A DNA stretch of 64,000 bases from Octopus vulgaris (lineage: Eukaryota): contig OX597824.1 of the NCBI GenBank assembly GCA_951406725.2, forward strand, positions 8,122,001-8,186,000, in the 5' to 3' direction. The notes beneath the pieces were generated by a model. That model searched no databases, was not told the DNA's origin, and worked only from the letters and a program-made list of their open reading frames with translations. Made by a program: the position numbers and the translations under genes. Of this stretch, positions 15,138 through 27,845 are shown in pieces (position 1 is the first letter of the stretch; the number at the start of each line of letters is the position of its first letter).

Positions 15138-15988
15138 CATCATCATCATCATCATCATCGTTTAACGTCCGTTCTCCATGCTAGCATGGGTTGGACGGTT
15201 CGACCAGGGTCTGGGAAGCCAGGAGGCTGCACCAGGCTCCAGTCTGATCTGGCAGTGTTTCTACACCTGGATGCCCTTCCTAACGCCAACCACTCCGTGA
15301 GTGTAGTGGGTGCTTTTTATGTGCCACCAGCACAGGGGCCGGAGGAGGCTGGCAAACGGCCACATTCGGTTGGTGCTTTTACGTGTCACCGACACAGACG
15401 CCAGTCAGGCTGCACTGGCATCTGCCATGTTCGGATGGTGCTTGTGTCACCGGCACAGGTTGCAGGATTAACTGAAAGCAATGTGAATAAATAAGCACAA
15501 CAGTCGATAGATTCATCTGGATACTATAAAGGGTGAAACAAAGTCAGTTCTTTGTTTTCCATAGTTTAGTTCAGATTTTAAGTATATATTTAGAATGCCC
15601 ATGCTAGTAGGGTGCTAAGAGCACCATCTGAGCGTGATTGTTGCCAGAGCGGCTAACTAGCTTCCATGCCGGTGGCACGTAAAAAGCACCATTCGAGTGT
15701 GATCGTTACCAGCATTGCCTTACTGACACCTGTGCTGGTGGCATGTGTAATAAAATGCGAGCGAGGTCGTTGCCAGTACCGCACTGACTGGCCCCCGCAC
15801 TGGCGGCACGTAAAAAGCACCCACTACACTCTCGGAGTTGTTGGCATTAGGAAGGGCATCCAGCTGCAGAAACTCTGCCAGATCAAGATTGGAGCCTGGT
15901 GCAGCCATCTGGTTTGCCAGTCCTCAGTCAAAATCGTCCAACCCATGCTAGCATGGAAAGCGGACATTAAACAATGGTGATGATGATG
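15138..15988. mobile_element. Inverted pair of family C copies (15138-15460 -, 15600-15988 +)
   Basis: Tails point outward and the shared core is reverse-complementary. Confidence 0.85.
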
Positions 15989-17097
15989 TCTCCAGAAAAT
16001 CCAAGGCTTACTAGAGAATCGGTCCAATATCGTATTAAGAAGAAAGACATCTGATGTTTTTCTTTTCTTTTTTTTTCTTTTTGTTTTTTTCCACCTGGCT
16101 GTAATTAATTGTAAAACAAATCTTTTACCAAGATCTTAGTGCCGAAACAAAGTATGGTCAGTCCCGTTTTCTTAACGACTACTGATTACCAAAATAGTCA
16201 TAAAGCTTCCGTTTCAAAACAATTCCACTCAAATTAGTAACATACTGAAGCTAATGTGATGCGATGCAGTTAATATAAGCACAAACATATTTTTCCTGAA
16301 TTGTTTCTGTCAGAGTTAATCTCGTTAGCGACTTAATAAGCAAAGTTATTAGTCTGAATATCTCTCTCTCTCTCTCTGTCCTTCAAAATATCAATACAGC
16401 CTAATTTAGTGTTACACCTGTGTCTCGATAAGAGGTTTTGGTGAAATGCTATCAGTTTAAATTAGCTACCTGGAGGACAGGGCTTCAAACACAAAACGAG
16501 AAAAATGGTTTTGGAAATATGTGAATATTATAATAACAGAAACAGAAGGGGGGGGGGGGGGGGGGAAATCTATATTTACAGCGAATTTCAGCTCTCATTC
16601 ACAACCGTGTCTTACACGTATACAAATTGGTTTTGTACACATATTATATGTTAATTTAATTTTCCTTCTTCCAAAGGTGGAGAAATAGCTATAAGGAGGC
16701 AAGACTGATTAAACCTTTCACTGACGCAGAGCCAGTACGTATAGCAACACGTTTCATATACTGCTAATATGACATCGTTGTTATGGCTCTAAACGAATAT
16801 AGGACAGCACTTGTACAAATTAGCTCGGCTTGCAAGGGACATGACACAAATAAGTGACTGGCAGTTTTTTGTTAGTCACAATAGCGTTTGAGAAGTTGGC
16901 CAAGTGATGAAGTCCCTGTGAGACACGGACTAAATCATAAAGTACAATGAGGAGTCAGCTACGCTTTTAAGTACTGGGAAAATTTAACCAAGTCAGGAAA
17001 TACTGGGAGAAGTCAGCCAGCTACAGCACAAATAATAGTATAATATATATGTGTGTGTGTGTATACACATATGCATATATATATATATACTCTCTCT

Positions 17098-17494
17098 TTT
17101 ACTCTTTTACTTGTTTCAGTCATTTGACTGCAGCCATGCTGGAGCACCGCCTTTAGTCAAGCAAATAAACCCCGGGACTTATTCTTTGTAAGCCCAGTAC
17201 TTATTCTATCGGTCTCTTTTGCCGAACCGCTAAGTCACGGGGACATAAACACACCAGCATCGGTTGTCAAGCAATGCTAGGGGGACAAACACACATACAC
17301 AAACACATATATATATATATATATACATATATACGACAGGCTTCTTTCAGTTTCCGTCTACCAAATCCACTCACAAGGCATTGGTCGGCCCGGGGCTATA
17401 GCAGAAGACACTTGCCCAAGATGCCACGCAGTGGGACTGAACCCGGAACCATGTGGTTGGTTAGCAAGCTACTTACCACACAGCCACTCCTGCG
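17098..17494 (-). mobile_element. SINE family A copy
   Basis: Near-identical to 13805-14201. Confidence 0.9.
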
Positions 17495-17507
17495 TATATA
17501 TATATAT

Positions 17508-17548
<41 letters not shown>

Positions 17549-18175
17549 TATATGCATATATATATACACACACACATACATCATCATCATCGTTTAACGT
17601 CCGTTTTCCATGCTAGCATGGGTTGGGAAATGTGTAACCAATTTTATTGCATATAAAATTTTAGCAACAAAATCTTACGTGGGCCCCGTAAGGGTCATAC
17701 AGACCCCAGTTGAGAACCCCCATTGGCCTACATCATCCTGATCAAGTATCTTCAGAGTATTGCAGACATTAAATCCTACATGATGATGATAATGACACGT
17801 TGAAAGACCAGACAATACCAAATATTCTAAAAGTAATTACAAATGATAATTTATTCAATCTGAATAATTAAAGAGAAACAGCTGTACTGATGTAGATTTG
17901 TGATGTTAGAGGAGGATGCTTTGTCAGTGGGAAAGACTCGTGAATTGATAAGAGAAGGAAACAGCAGCAGAGACAAACCATCATGTTCACCATATTTCAT
18001 GTCAGAATTTCCATGCTTGCATGGGTGAGATGGAATTTGTGGTGGGAGGTTTGCAACAGCCAGATACCCTTCCTGTCACAAACACTTTGTTTTCAAGCGA
18101 GGCAATATTTCTATCAGGAACAAACATGTTTGCATGGAAGATTGGTAACAAACGACACTGCTTGTGTGATGATGC

Positions 18176-18530
18176 TTATTGCCTCCGTCTTAGCAAAGGC
18201 AGAGGTATTGTTTTCAGTTGTGTTTGTTTGTCAGTGGACAAGACATCTCAAGAAACACTGGATGAATTCGGATGAAACTTTCAGGAATGTTTGGCCTTGT
18301 GATTTTGGGGTCAATCAAGTACTGGACAAGGATCCTGGATTAATTTTCCTTTTTTTTTTTTCTTTTTCTTTTTTTAAACTTAATTTTTGAGAGTGGTTGG
18401 GTTCATTCTCGTTTGTGAGAGCAGTCAAGTTTATTTCAGATATTCTCATTTTAAAAATTATCTCTGGCTAATCTTTGAGACGACATTGGTGTTGCCTTGG
18501 CAGAGGTTAAAGCTCTCTGAAAGCTCGTTT
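18176..18530 (+). mobile_element. Helentron-associated (HINE/DINE-1-like) non-autonomous element
   Basis: 5' ttattgcctccg...ggcagagg stem, GTTT microsatellite, and a 3' ccttggcagagg subterminal inverted repeat. Confidence 0.6.
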
Positions 18531-19809
18531 ACAACTATCATATAATGACAAAACAAGGAGACACACCCAGACATACAAATATGTATACGACAGGCTTCTT
18601 TCAGTTTCTGTCTATCAGTTTATAAGGATTTGGTTGGCTTAAGGCTATACTGGAAGACACTTGCCCAAGGTGCCATACAGAGGGTCTGAGCCCCCAGAAT
18701 GGTGAGAACGTTAGGCTGAAGATGAGATAAGTTCAAAAAGAATGCAATGTTTATCAATCAGATCAGCCTGGAAAAACAATGACGAACAGGTCCAAAATAG
18801 AACTTTACACAAACCTCGTTGTCTTCCAAGTTTAATAATCATAATCTCTAATTAATTAAAAAGCAAAATATGTAATTGTGAACCGGAGAAATATCTCGAA
18901 AGAGTGAGTAGCTGGAAATGAGCTGTGTACAATCAGATCAGCGGTATACTAAATGAAACGGTTATGTCGTCAGAAAGGTCAATATTTCATGTGTGTTTGT
19001 GCAAACTCAGCCAGCCATGTATAATTAATCCTCTCCATTAATATCAATTTACCATTTGACTTTTCTCTTCCTGTTGTTGTTGGGTGAATATGCAACGTCT
19101 GCTTGCTTAACCCTTCCGATACCAACGTGCCCAGAGACCACTTTGGTTCCATGACACAAACTTCCTGTTTCAGAGTGACCTCTAATTAATACCTTTGGCC
19201 AAAATTTCACATTAATTTGCTTCAAACACCAGCTTAATAATGACAAACTTGTTTTACTAAATCAATAGAAACAAAGGCAGAGAATCTCAACAGGAAAATG
19301 GTAACAAACGCTTAAAAGCTTAATCTGTTTTTAGATCTGTCTTAGCTATCGTATCATCCTGGGTCATTGTCCTAAGTCATTAATTCTACCATTGACTCAC
19401 AGTACTTCAAACTGAAAGGGAGCAGATTCTATGTCATAGCGAGCTCCTGGCTAGTATCTAAACTGGCCATAACCAGCCCAAATATTCTACGTGTTTTATG
19501 TTCAAACATAAAAAGTGGCCAAGTGGGGTTGGGAAGAGACAGAAACAGAGATGATGAAGAATCTGAGTGGATCCTCAACTCATAAGGTGAGTAGATATGA
19601 GTGAGGATTGCAGACACTGGTTTCAGAATGGTTTCTGATTTAGACCCTGAGTTTGGAAAACAAGAAAATATGTTGACTTGACCATAATAATATAATCATA
19701 GTAAGAATTAAAAGCAGGCCTTACTTTTTTTCCTTCTAATCAGAAATTTGTCTGTATAGACATTCACTATTCTAAGTCTAAATACAAAACATCATGAATC
19801 AGAGTGGTA

Positions 19810-20201
19810 CTCTTTACTCTTTTACTTGTTTCAGTCATTTGACTGCGACCATGCTGGAGCACCACTTTTAGTCGAGCAAATCGACCACAGGACTTATTCT
19901 TTGTAAGCCTAGTACTTATTCTATCGGTCTCTTTTGCCAAACCGCTAAGTGACGGGGACGTAAACACACCAGCATCGGTTGTCAAGCGATGTTGGGGGGA
20001 CAAACACAGACACACAAACAAATACATACTAGCCACTACACACATTTTTTCTCTTCTTGTTTTTTTTTTGTATCCCTTTCTGTAGAAGAGCGTAGGCTCG
20101 AAACATAAAAGACTTCTATTCCTGAGCATTATACTAATACATCTGTTTGTTTTGTACACCACCTGTCTTCGTCTTTTGTTTTTTTCATAAACTCTCCCTA
20201 T

Positions 20202-20238
<37 letters not shown>

Positions 20239-20405
20239 CATATACAACAGGCTTCTTTCAGTTTCTGTCTACCAAATCCATTCACAAGGCTTTGGCCGGC
20301 CCGAGGCTATAGTAGAAGACACTTGCCCAAGGTGCCATGAAGTGGGAATGAACCCTGAACCATGTGGTTGGTAAGCAAGCTACTTACCACACTGCCACTC
20401 CTGTA
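19810..20405 (-). mobile_element. SINE family A copy, interrupted at its microsatellite
   Basis: 3' half at 19810-20030 and 5' half at about 20240-20405. Confidence 0.85.
20040..20200 (+). mobile_element. Penelope-like fragment with a degenerate hammerhead (20076-20111), inserted in a SINE microsatellite
   Basis: CTTT-CTGTAGA-aGAGC(gtag)GCTC-GAAAC-ATA-AAAG. It splits the family A SINE at 19810-20405. Confidence 0.5.
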
Positions 20406-22359
20406 CCTACATTTTTTTTTCCTTTTCCTGAATACTGATTTGTGCCATCTTAACCATCAATCTCATCATTTCCATCACTGAAATCATTATTTTGGTCCAC
20501 TTCTTCCATTCACTCAACTTCACAAGTCTTGTCCCTACTTAATCCCTACACAGGGTTCATACTCCCAAAATACTCCCATTGTTCGAAGTACTGATGCCTC
20601 CTCAGTCCATCATGAAGCAATTACAATCATCGTCCTCATCTCCCTCAAATACACTTTCCATGTGTAAAAGATTCCTAGAAACATATAAACCAAACAGTAT
20701 CATTCAATCATTTCCTCCTCATAATATTTTCTGTCCACCTCTCAGCTAAGAATATACACATGAACACCCTCCCTTGTAACTCGTTATAATTCGTTAGTGT
20801 TCAAGATAACAACCATCAACTGACAAAACTGCTCACCACTGCAGCCGACCAATATTTATCTAAGTTGCTGTACTAAATGAAGTTATTCATTCTGCAACAC
20901 ACACACTTTAAACACAATACACAGTGGGTGTATTTATAAAGTTAGGCTGTAATTTTCCACTCTGAATAACTCTGCAAACCACAACACACTTGCTGATGGT
21001 GTTGATGTAAAGTAGAGAAAGTTGGGAAATAAAAAAAGGCTAAAAAAGAAAAAGAGACTGGCCTTTCGTTGAATGTACAAAGTTACAAGTTATCACAAAA
21101 CCATTTGAGGATGTTGTCCTTTTTGTTTAGCTTCACCTCAGCCCTGACTGAGTAAACCCCAGGCATCATGTCTGCCTGGTGTGTGTATGTGAACACACGC
21201 ACACACACATACATACATACATATATAGATAGATAGATAGGTAGGTACACATAATACATAAGTATCATCTTTATCATTGCTCGTTTTACATGTGTGTGTG
21301 TGTGTGTGTATGTTTATGTGCCTATCTCCCACCATCGCTTAACAACCAATGCAGGTGTGTTTACACCCCCATAACTTAGCGATTCGGCAAAATAGACTGA
21401 TAGAATAAGTACTAGGCTTACAACGAATAAGCCCTGGGGTCGATTTGTTCAACCAAAGGTGGTGCTCCAGCATGGTCGCAGTCAAATGACTGAAACAAAT
21501 AAAAGAATGTATTGGGGCCATTTTGTTCAACACGTGCACACGTGTGCATGCATATGACTGCATTTCCCAAGGTGCCCCCCTTCCATTCTGAAGAGAGTAA
21601 TATGCGATCTGATTGCAATTTCTAGTAGAAGCTGGAGTAACCCACATAGAGCTGTTAAATCATAATATATAAGTGAGAGCCAATTCTGCTGACCAGAAGT
21701 TAAAGGTGTCAAGTCATTATATAACAAAAGACTCCGTTAATAGTGTGAGTCAACTCTGGCGACATGAAAGGCTTCTTCAGGTCGTTACATGTGTCTTGGA
21801 TAAACTATGGAAAAACAAATCTATTATTGATTTCATATCTGCAGTCTATAGACTGTGAACTTCAGACACACGTCATGAAGTTCACAGCTTTGACAAACCC
21901 CATTATGACAAACTGCTCCAAAACTGATCTTTGTAATCTACAAGACCCAAGACTGAAAAGAAAATCTTTTTTTAAATAATGACATTATTTTACATGGACT
22001 GGCTCCTGTACAGGTGGCACGTAAAAAATACCATTTGAGTGTGGCCATTGCCAGTACCGCCGCCTGACTGACCCTCGTGCCAGTGGGCACGTAAAAGCAC
22101 CCACTACACTCTCAGAGTGGTTGGCATTAGGAAGGGCATCCAGCTGTAGAAACTCTGCCAGATCAGATTGGAGCCTGGTGCAGCCATCTGGTTCGCCAGC
22201 CCTCAGTCAAATCGTCCAACCCATGCTAGCATGGAAAGCGGACATTAAATGATATTTTACATGTCAATCTTACTAAATTTACAGTTTATATTCAACTAAA
22301 CAAATGCCAAAATTAAACAAATAAAAATTGTCCACATTGGGTAGAAATAATTTCTTAAG

Positions 22360-23040
22360 GCATGGGTGTGGCTGCACAATTAAGAAGCTTGCCTCTTGAC
22401 CATGTTGTCTAGGGTTTAGCCCCACTGTGCAACCTTGAGCAAGTTTTTTTCTTCTATAGCCCCAAGCCGACCAAAGCCTCATGAGTGGATCTGATTAACA
22501 GAAACTGAAAAAAGCCCATTGCATATGTATGTGACTGTGTTTGCATTACATTTGTCCCCCACCACAGCTTGACAAGTGGTGTTGGTTTATTTACATCCCT
22601 CTAACTAAGCAATTTGGCAAAAGAAACCGATGGAATAAGTGCCACACAGGCACAGGAATGGCTGTGTGGTAAGTAGATTGCCTACTAACCACATGGTCCC
22701 AGGTTCAGTCCCACTGCGTTGCACCTTGGGCAAGTGTCTTATACTATGGCCTCAGGCCAACCAAAGCCTTGTGAGTGGATTTGGTAGACAGAAACTGAAA
22801 GAAGCCCATCGTGTATATGTATGTGTGTGTGTGTGTGATGTGTTTGTCCCCCACCATCGCTTAACAAACAATGTTGGTGTGTTTACGTCCCCATAACTTA
22901 GTGGTTCAGCAAAAGAGACCAACAGAATAAGTACTAGGCTTACAAAGAATAAGTCCTGGGGTCGACTTGTTCGACTAAAGGCGGTGCTCCAGCATGGCCA
23001 CAGTCAAATGACTGAAATGAGTAAAAGGATAAAAGAATAC
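22360..23040 (+). mobile_element. Two tandem SINE family A copies
   Basis: Heads near 22360 and 22648. Confidence 0.85.
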
Positions 23041-24063
23041 ACTCTATAAAAAAAAAAAAGAAAGAAATAGTACTGAGGTCAATCTGTTCAACTGAGCCCC
23101 AGCTTGGCCACAGTCCAATTACTGAAACAAGATATAAAACCCCTAATTTTATAAAATCATACAGTCAACAGATTACTGAAGAACACTGAAGAATACCGTC
23201 TTAGAAGAGGCACCATACATACGGTAAGAAGTGTACAATATATCTAAGGAAGCTTCTGTCTTTGAAATGATTAATAAGACTCGTAAGTCTCAAGTCTATT
23301 TTAGCAAACTGCAGTTTCATTCCAGCCACTCAGTCTGCACAGAAATATACTTTGAATGGCACTGGCCATGATATATGGCACCATTGTATATTAAGAGTGC
23401 TGCAACACTTACATCTGGGTGTGGTGGAGTCAGGAATAATGTATTTTCAGCTTTGACATTCCAAAATTTCCATAATGGTCATTATTAACGAATTATCATA
23501 CAAAGATTTTGCTTTGCCAGTCTCTACAAAGTAAGCACCGTACAGAAATGGATGGGCAAAATGTCAGAAAACAAAGTTTGTATCCCAGTTTGGATTTTCT
23601 AATTAAAGCCACTTTAATTACGTAATTACGAAAGTTATAAATCAGCCTCCGTGCTTCTCCAAAAGAGCAATTCTGAACACTTGTCGTTAACAGAGTATAT
23701 TCTGAAATTGATATGGAAGCTCACTTCTCAATTGTGTGGTCTTTGGTTCAGTCCCACAGCACAGCACCTCAGGCAAGTGTCTTCCACTACAGCCTTCAGC
23801 TAACCAAAGCCTTGTAAGAGGATCTGACAGAGTGAAAGTGTAGGAAACTTGTTGTGTGTGTGTGTGTCTCACCACTATATGATAATTGGTGTTGGTTTGT
23901 TTACATTCCTTAACCCAACAATTCGACGAAAAGACACTGATAAAATAAGTAGCAGGCTTTAAAAAAACAGGGTGTGGCTGGAATTAATTTGTTCGTCTAA
24001 ACAAGGAGGTCACCAAAGTGGTGGTCGATGGGAATAATCAAGGAGTCGATAAATGCACATCTT

Positions 24064-24293
24064 AATTATTTACACTTGACGGATATTTGTCCTCATCTTA
24101 TTTGTTGTTAACACAACATTTTGGCTGATATACCCTCCAGCCTTCATCAGGTGTATTGGAGAAATTTTAAACCTGGGTTCTCATTCCTAAGGTATTTTTC
24201 ATGGTTATTATTATTATTATTGTTGTTCAGGTCACTGCTTGGAATTGAACTCAGAATCTTGGGGTTAGCAGCCTGCGCTCTTAACCACTAGAC
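24064..24293 (-). mobile_element. tRNA-headed non-autonomous element with a degenerate hammerhead (24111-24154)
   Basis: Minus strand: tRNA-like head (tagtggttaag...ctGCTaa...gagttcaattcc), (TAA)n linker, then ACAC-CTGATGA-aGGCTG..CAGCC-aAAAt-GTT-GTGT. Homologous copy at 7085-7348. Confidence 0.7.
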
Positions 24294-24650
24294 TAATTTA
24301 TTTATTTTCTTGCATATGCCTGGGGGCCGATGGTCTAAAAAGTTTGGGGACCCCTGGTGTAATCCCTTCAAGACAGCACCCCAACATGGCTGCCATCCAA
24401 AGCACTCAAAAAATTAAAAGATAAAAATATAAAAGATATTTACAAAAGGTGGCAGAGTCTAGCTTACGTGGTAGGATAACCGTCCTCTCACACACACAAA
24501 GTAAACAGATTATCCATCGGCCATGACAACGAGCATTCCAGTAGTTTGAACAACAGAACTACTTACGCAGTGAATTACGTAAGTAGCCGGCTAATTAAAC
24601 AGACATTTTGCACTTCCGACGTGGACAAGGCTGAGTCAGCATGACATAGG

Positions 24651-24713
<63 letters not shown>

Positions 24714-24862
24714 TGAAAGTGAGATATGGCTGGTGTCTGAATTGCAGTCCATCAGACAAGCTTCCATCAGTGCAATTTCACCTAAATGGCTCAAGTTGAC
24801 TGTTGAATCAAACCCTAGACCCCATTGTAAAATGGACCCCATAACCATTTAGGGATAACACC

Positions 24863-24899
<37 letters not shown>

Positions 24900-25631
24900 A
24901 ACAGTAATATTTTTTCCTTTGTTTTTTTCGTCTCTATTTAAATGGTTTTCATATCAATGGACTCCAACGACAGTCAGCAGGGGAGTTTTTAAATTTAAAC
25001 ATTTACAAATGAAATGCTATAACAAATATTTATATATATATATGACTGGCTTCCATTCAACTAAAAAGTACAAGTATTTATTTCCAAGTTAAACAGATTG
25101 TGCTTTATCTCAAGGGAAAAAAGGAAAAACAACAACAAGTACCGACAATAAACAAAAGCTGCCACTTTCAATGGAAACATTAAATCTACAGGTAAAATAT
25201 CACTAAGTTTCAGAACAAAATTACAAACCATCTCAACCCGTATCCTATCCAGCCCACCAGATCTGACTTCTTGTACCTACCCTACAACGCCATTCTAAAA
25301 ATAAACATTCACATTATTGAAATATTAAAGCAATGAAATAATTAAGGATTAACTGAAGACAATGTGAATGGATAAGACTAATATTTGCAGGATAATCACA
25401 GTGCAAAAGGATTAAACTTGGAAAAATTTCAATTGTAAATTTATGTCTCTGCAACATTCACTCTTTGTAAGTTTCAAAAATTTACATTTGCATATATGGG
25501 GTCCACAGATGATTAGATAGCTCTCAGGGGCTCCATAAGCAAAATAAGGTTGGGAACCCTTGAGTTAAACAAACAAACAAATTGGGTTTTTTTTTTTTTT
25601 ATTATTATCATAGAAAACATTGATTTACTTA

Positions 25632-25796
<165 letters not shown>

Positions 25797-26146
25797 CTAT
25801 TCCTAAGACTTACTCTATGACATCAGTTTCTCTTGCCAAAAATAACCATTAATTCTTTGTAATTCAATTAATAATAAACATGTTGGGTCTAGAGTGCCTG
25901 GGGTGGTAAAGAGATGGGGACATGGGAGGGGCTGGAAATTGAACCTATTGATGTAGGATATTGCAATGCAAATTCTTGATGGTATGCAATCTGCTTAGTA
26001 AGTGATAGTAACTAGTTTGCAACTAGTGACAGCAGCTTTATTTTGAGTTTGAGTAAAAGTCAACAAGTAAAAGTTGGTCACTAAACAGCTGGGGAAACTT
26101 TGTGATAAAAAAAAAGGGTATAAAGAAAACAAGAGGTCATTAGTCA

Positions 26147-26348
26147 GAGAGGGAGGAGGGGAGAGAGGAGGAGGAGGGGAGAGAGAGAGGGAGAAGAGTA
26201 GAGAGAAGTGTAGAGAGAGAGGGAGGGATAAGTGTAGAGAGAGGGGGAGGGAGAAGAGTAGAGTGAGGGAGATGGAGTAGAGAGAGGGGGAGGGAGAAGA
26301 GTAGAGAGAGAGAGAGAGAGAGAGAGGGAGGGAGAAGAGTAGAGAGAG
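26147..26348 (+). repeat. Purine-rich gagagagggagggagaagagta minisatellite
   Basis: Imperfect tandem units of about 24 bp, almost all A/G. Confidence 0.85.
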
Positions 26349-26923
26349 GTTGTAATAGACTATATATAAACAGGAGTGATGTAATTACTTTCTCTAAAAT
26401 GATTGTCAGCGATCAAAACTAATTAATATGAAAACAAGGTACTTTTGAAATAATTTGAATGGCTAATTAAATGTGGAGGGGAAAGAAAAAGCGTTCATCA
26501 AGGATCAATTCTCAACCTTCCAGGCCACAATAAAGGTGTTCATCATTAATCAAACATAGGAATTCATGTCTACAGGTAACCTAGTTCTTCTCATGGCTGA
26601 ATCAGTCAAATAATTTAAAGCACAGGGTCTAAGAGTTAGCACAGCAAAGACCAAAGTCTTCTTAACCTTTTCGGATTTAAACTGGCCCCCATCCAACCTG
26701 CCACACCTACCTCACAATGCCGTTCTCAAAATAAACAATAAATTACTGAAATCTTAAAAGTTACAAGATAATGCATAATTAATTCAAAACAACGTGAATA
26801 ATTTATTCACAGTGTTTTAAGCATCGCATTCGAGAGAGTAATCTCAATACGAAAGGGTTAATTGGTAGGGAAAAATGCAGAACTCCACAACCATCTTGAA
26901 AGATGGTGACAATATACAGAGAA

Positions 26924-27154
26924 GGCGGTGACCTGGCAGAGACGTTAGCACGCCGGGCGAAATGCTTAGCGGTATTTCATCTGCCACTACATTCTGAGTT
27001 GAAATATCGCCGAGGTTGACTTTGCCTTTCATCCTTTCGGGGTCGATTAAATATGTACCAGTTACGCACTGGGGTCGATATAATCGACTTAATCTGTTTG
27101 TCTGTCCTTGTTTGTCCTCTCAGTGTTTAGCCCCTTGTGGGTAGTAAAGAAATA
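26924..27154 (+). mobile_element. SINE family B copy with a TSD
   Basis: Flanked by ggt(g/c)acaatatacagaga on both sides. Confidence 0.88.
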
Positions 27155-27169
27155 GGTCACAATATACAG

Positions 27170-27845
27170 AGATGGTGCCGGTAAGTAATTCTATACTATA
27201 AGCTAAATATAAACAAGAGATGCAGCGGGCTCACAGAGAAGAAGGGCTTCAAATGTAGCAGATGTACAGAGTAATTAGCAATAAATCAGAGGGTTCACAG
27301 AAGTAGTGGGTACTTCCTGTTAGGTAAGTGACCGAGGAAAAAGTTCATTGCTTTTATTGGCAGGGAAGAAATGGTTTCTCGAAATAAAAGAGATTGTATA
27401 ATGTTGTGTGGACAAAGGGCAGTATTGCATGGTAGTGAAACACGGGCAGAGGAAAAGCAAACGAAGGGATGCTTGATAAAACAAACAGGCTGTGTTGGAC
27501 AAGTAATGTTGGTGTACTTGAATGCCAGAGTACGAATGAGCTGAGGGGGAATAGAGAGGGATTCAGATGAAATATGTCTGTGCCGTTGCAGACATGTGGT
27601 GTCTATGAAGAATGACATTTGGGTGAAGAAATAACAAGTGATTCAAGTTGAAGGAACATAAGAGAAGAAGACCAAGATAGATATAGGGAGCAAGTGGAGA
27701 AAGCTGGTTTCATGGTTGCTCTATCTCAACAAGATGACAAGGGACAGAAACATGTGGTGAAGAAGATACACTAGGCTGGGAGAAGAACCATCTGACTCAT
27801 GCAAGCAGGGGAACATAGGCAGATGACGACGTCGATGATGATGAT
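27170..27845 (+). mobile_element. Decayed RTE-clade LINE 3' fragment
   Basis: Remnant RLY...AVLHGSET motif near 27390-27445 and a (GAT)n tail. Frames are broken. Confidence 0.6.

Noticed and set aside
17983-18390. 135-aa ORF
   Set aside because: Spans a decayed retroposon and the HINE-like element.
23186-23236. CTGAAGA followed by a TACCGT/ACGGTA stem, hammerhead-like
   Set aside because: No GAAA after the stem and no stem I or III.
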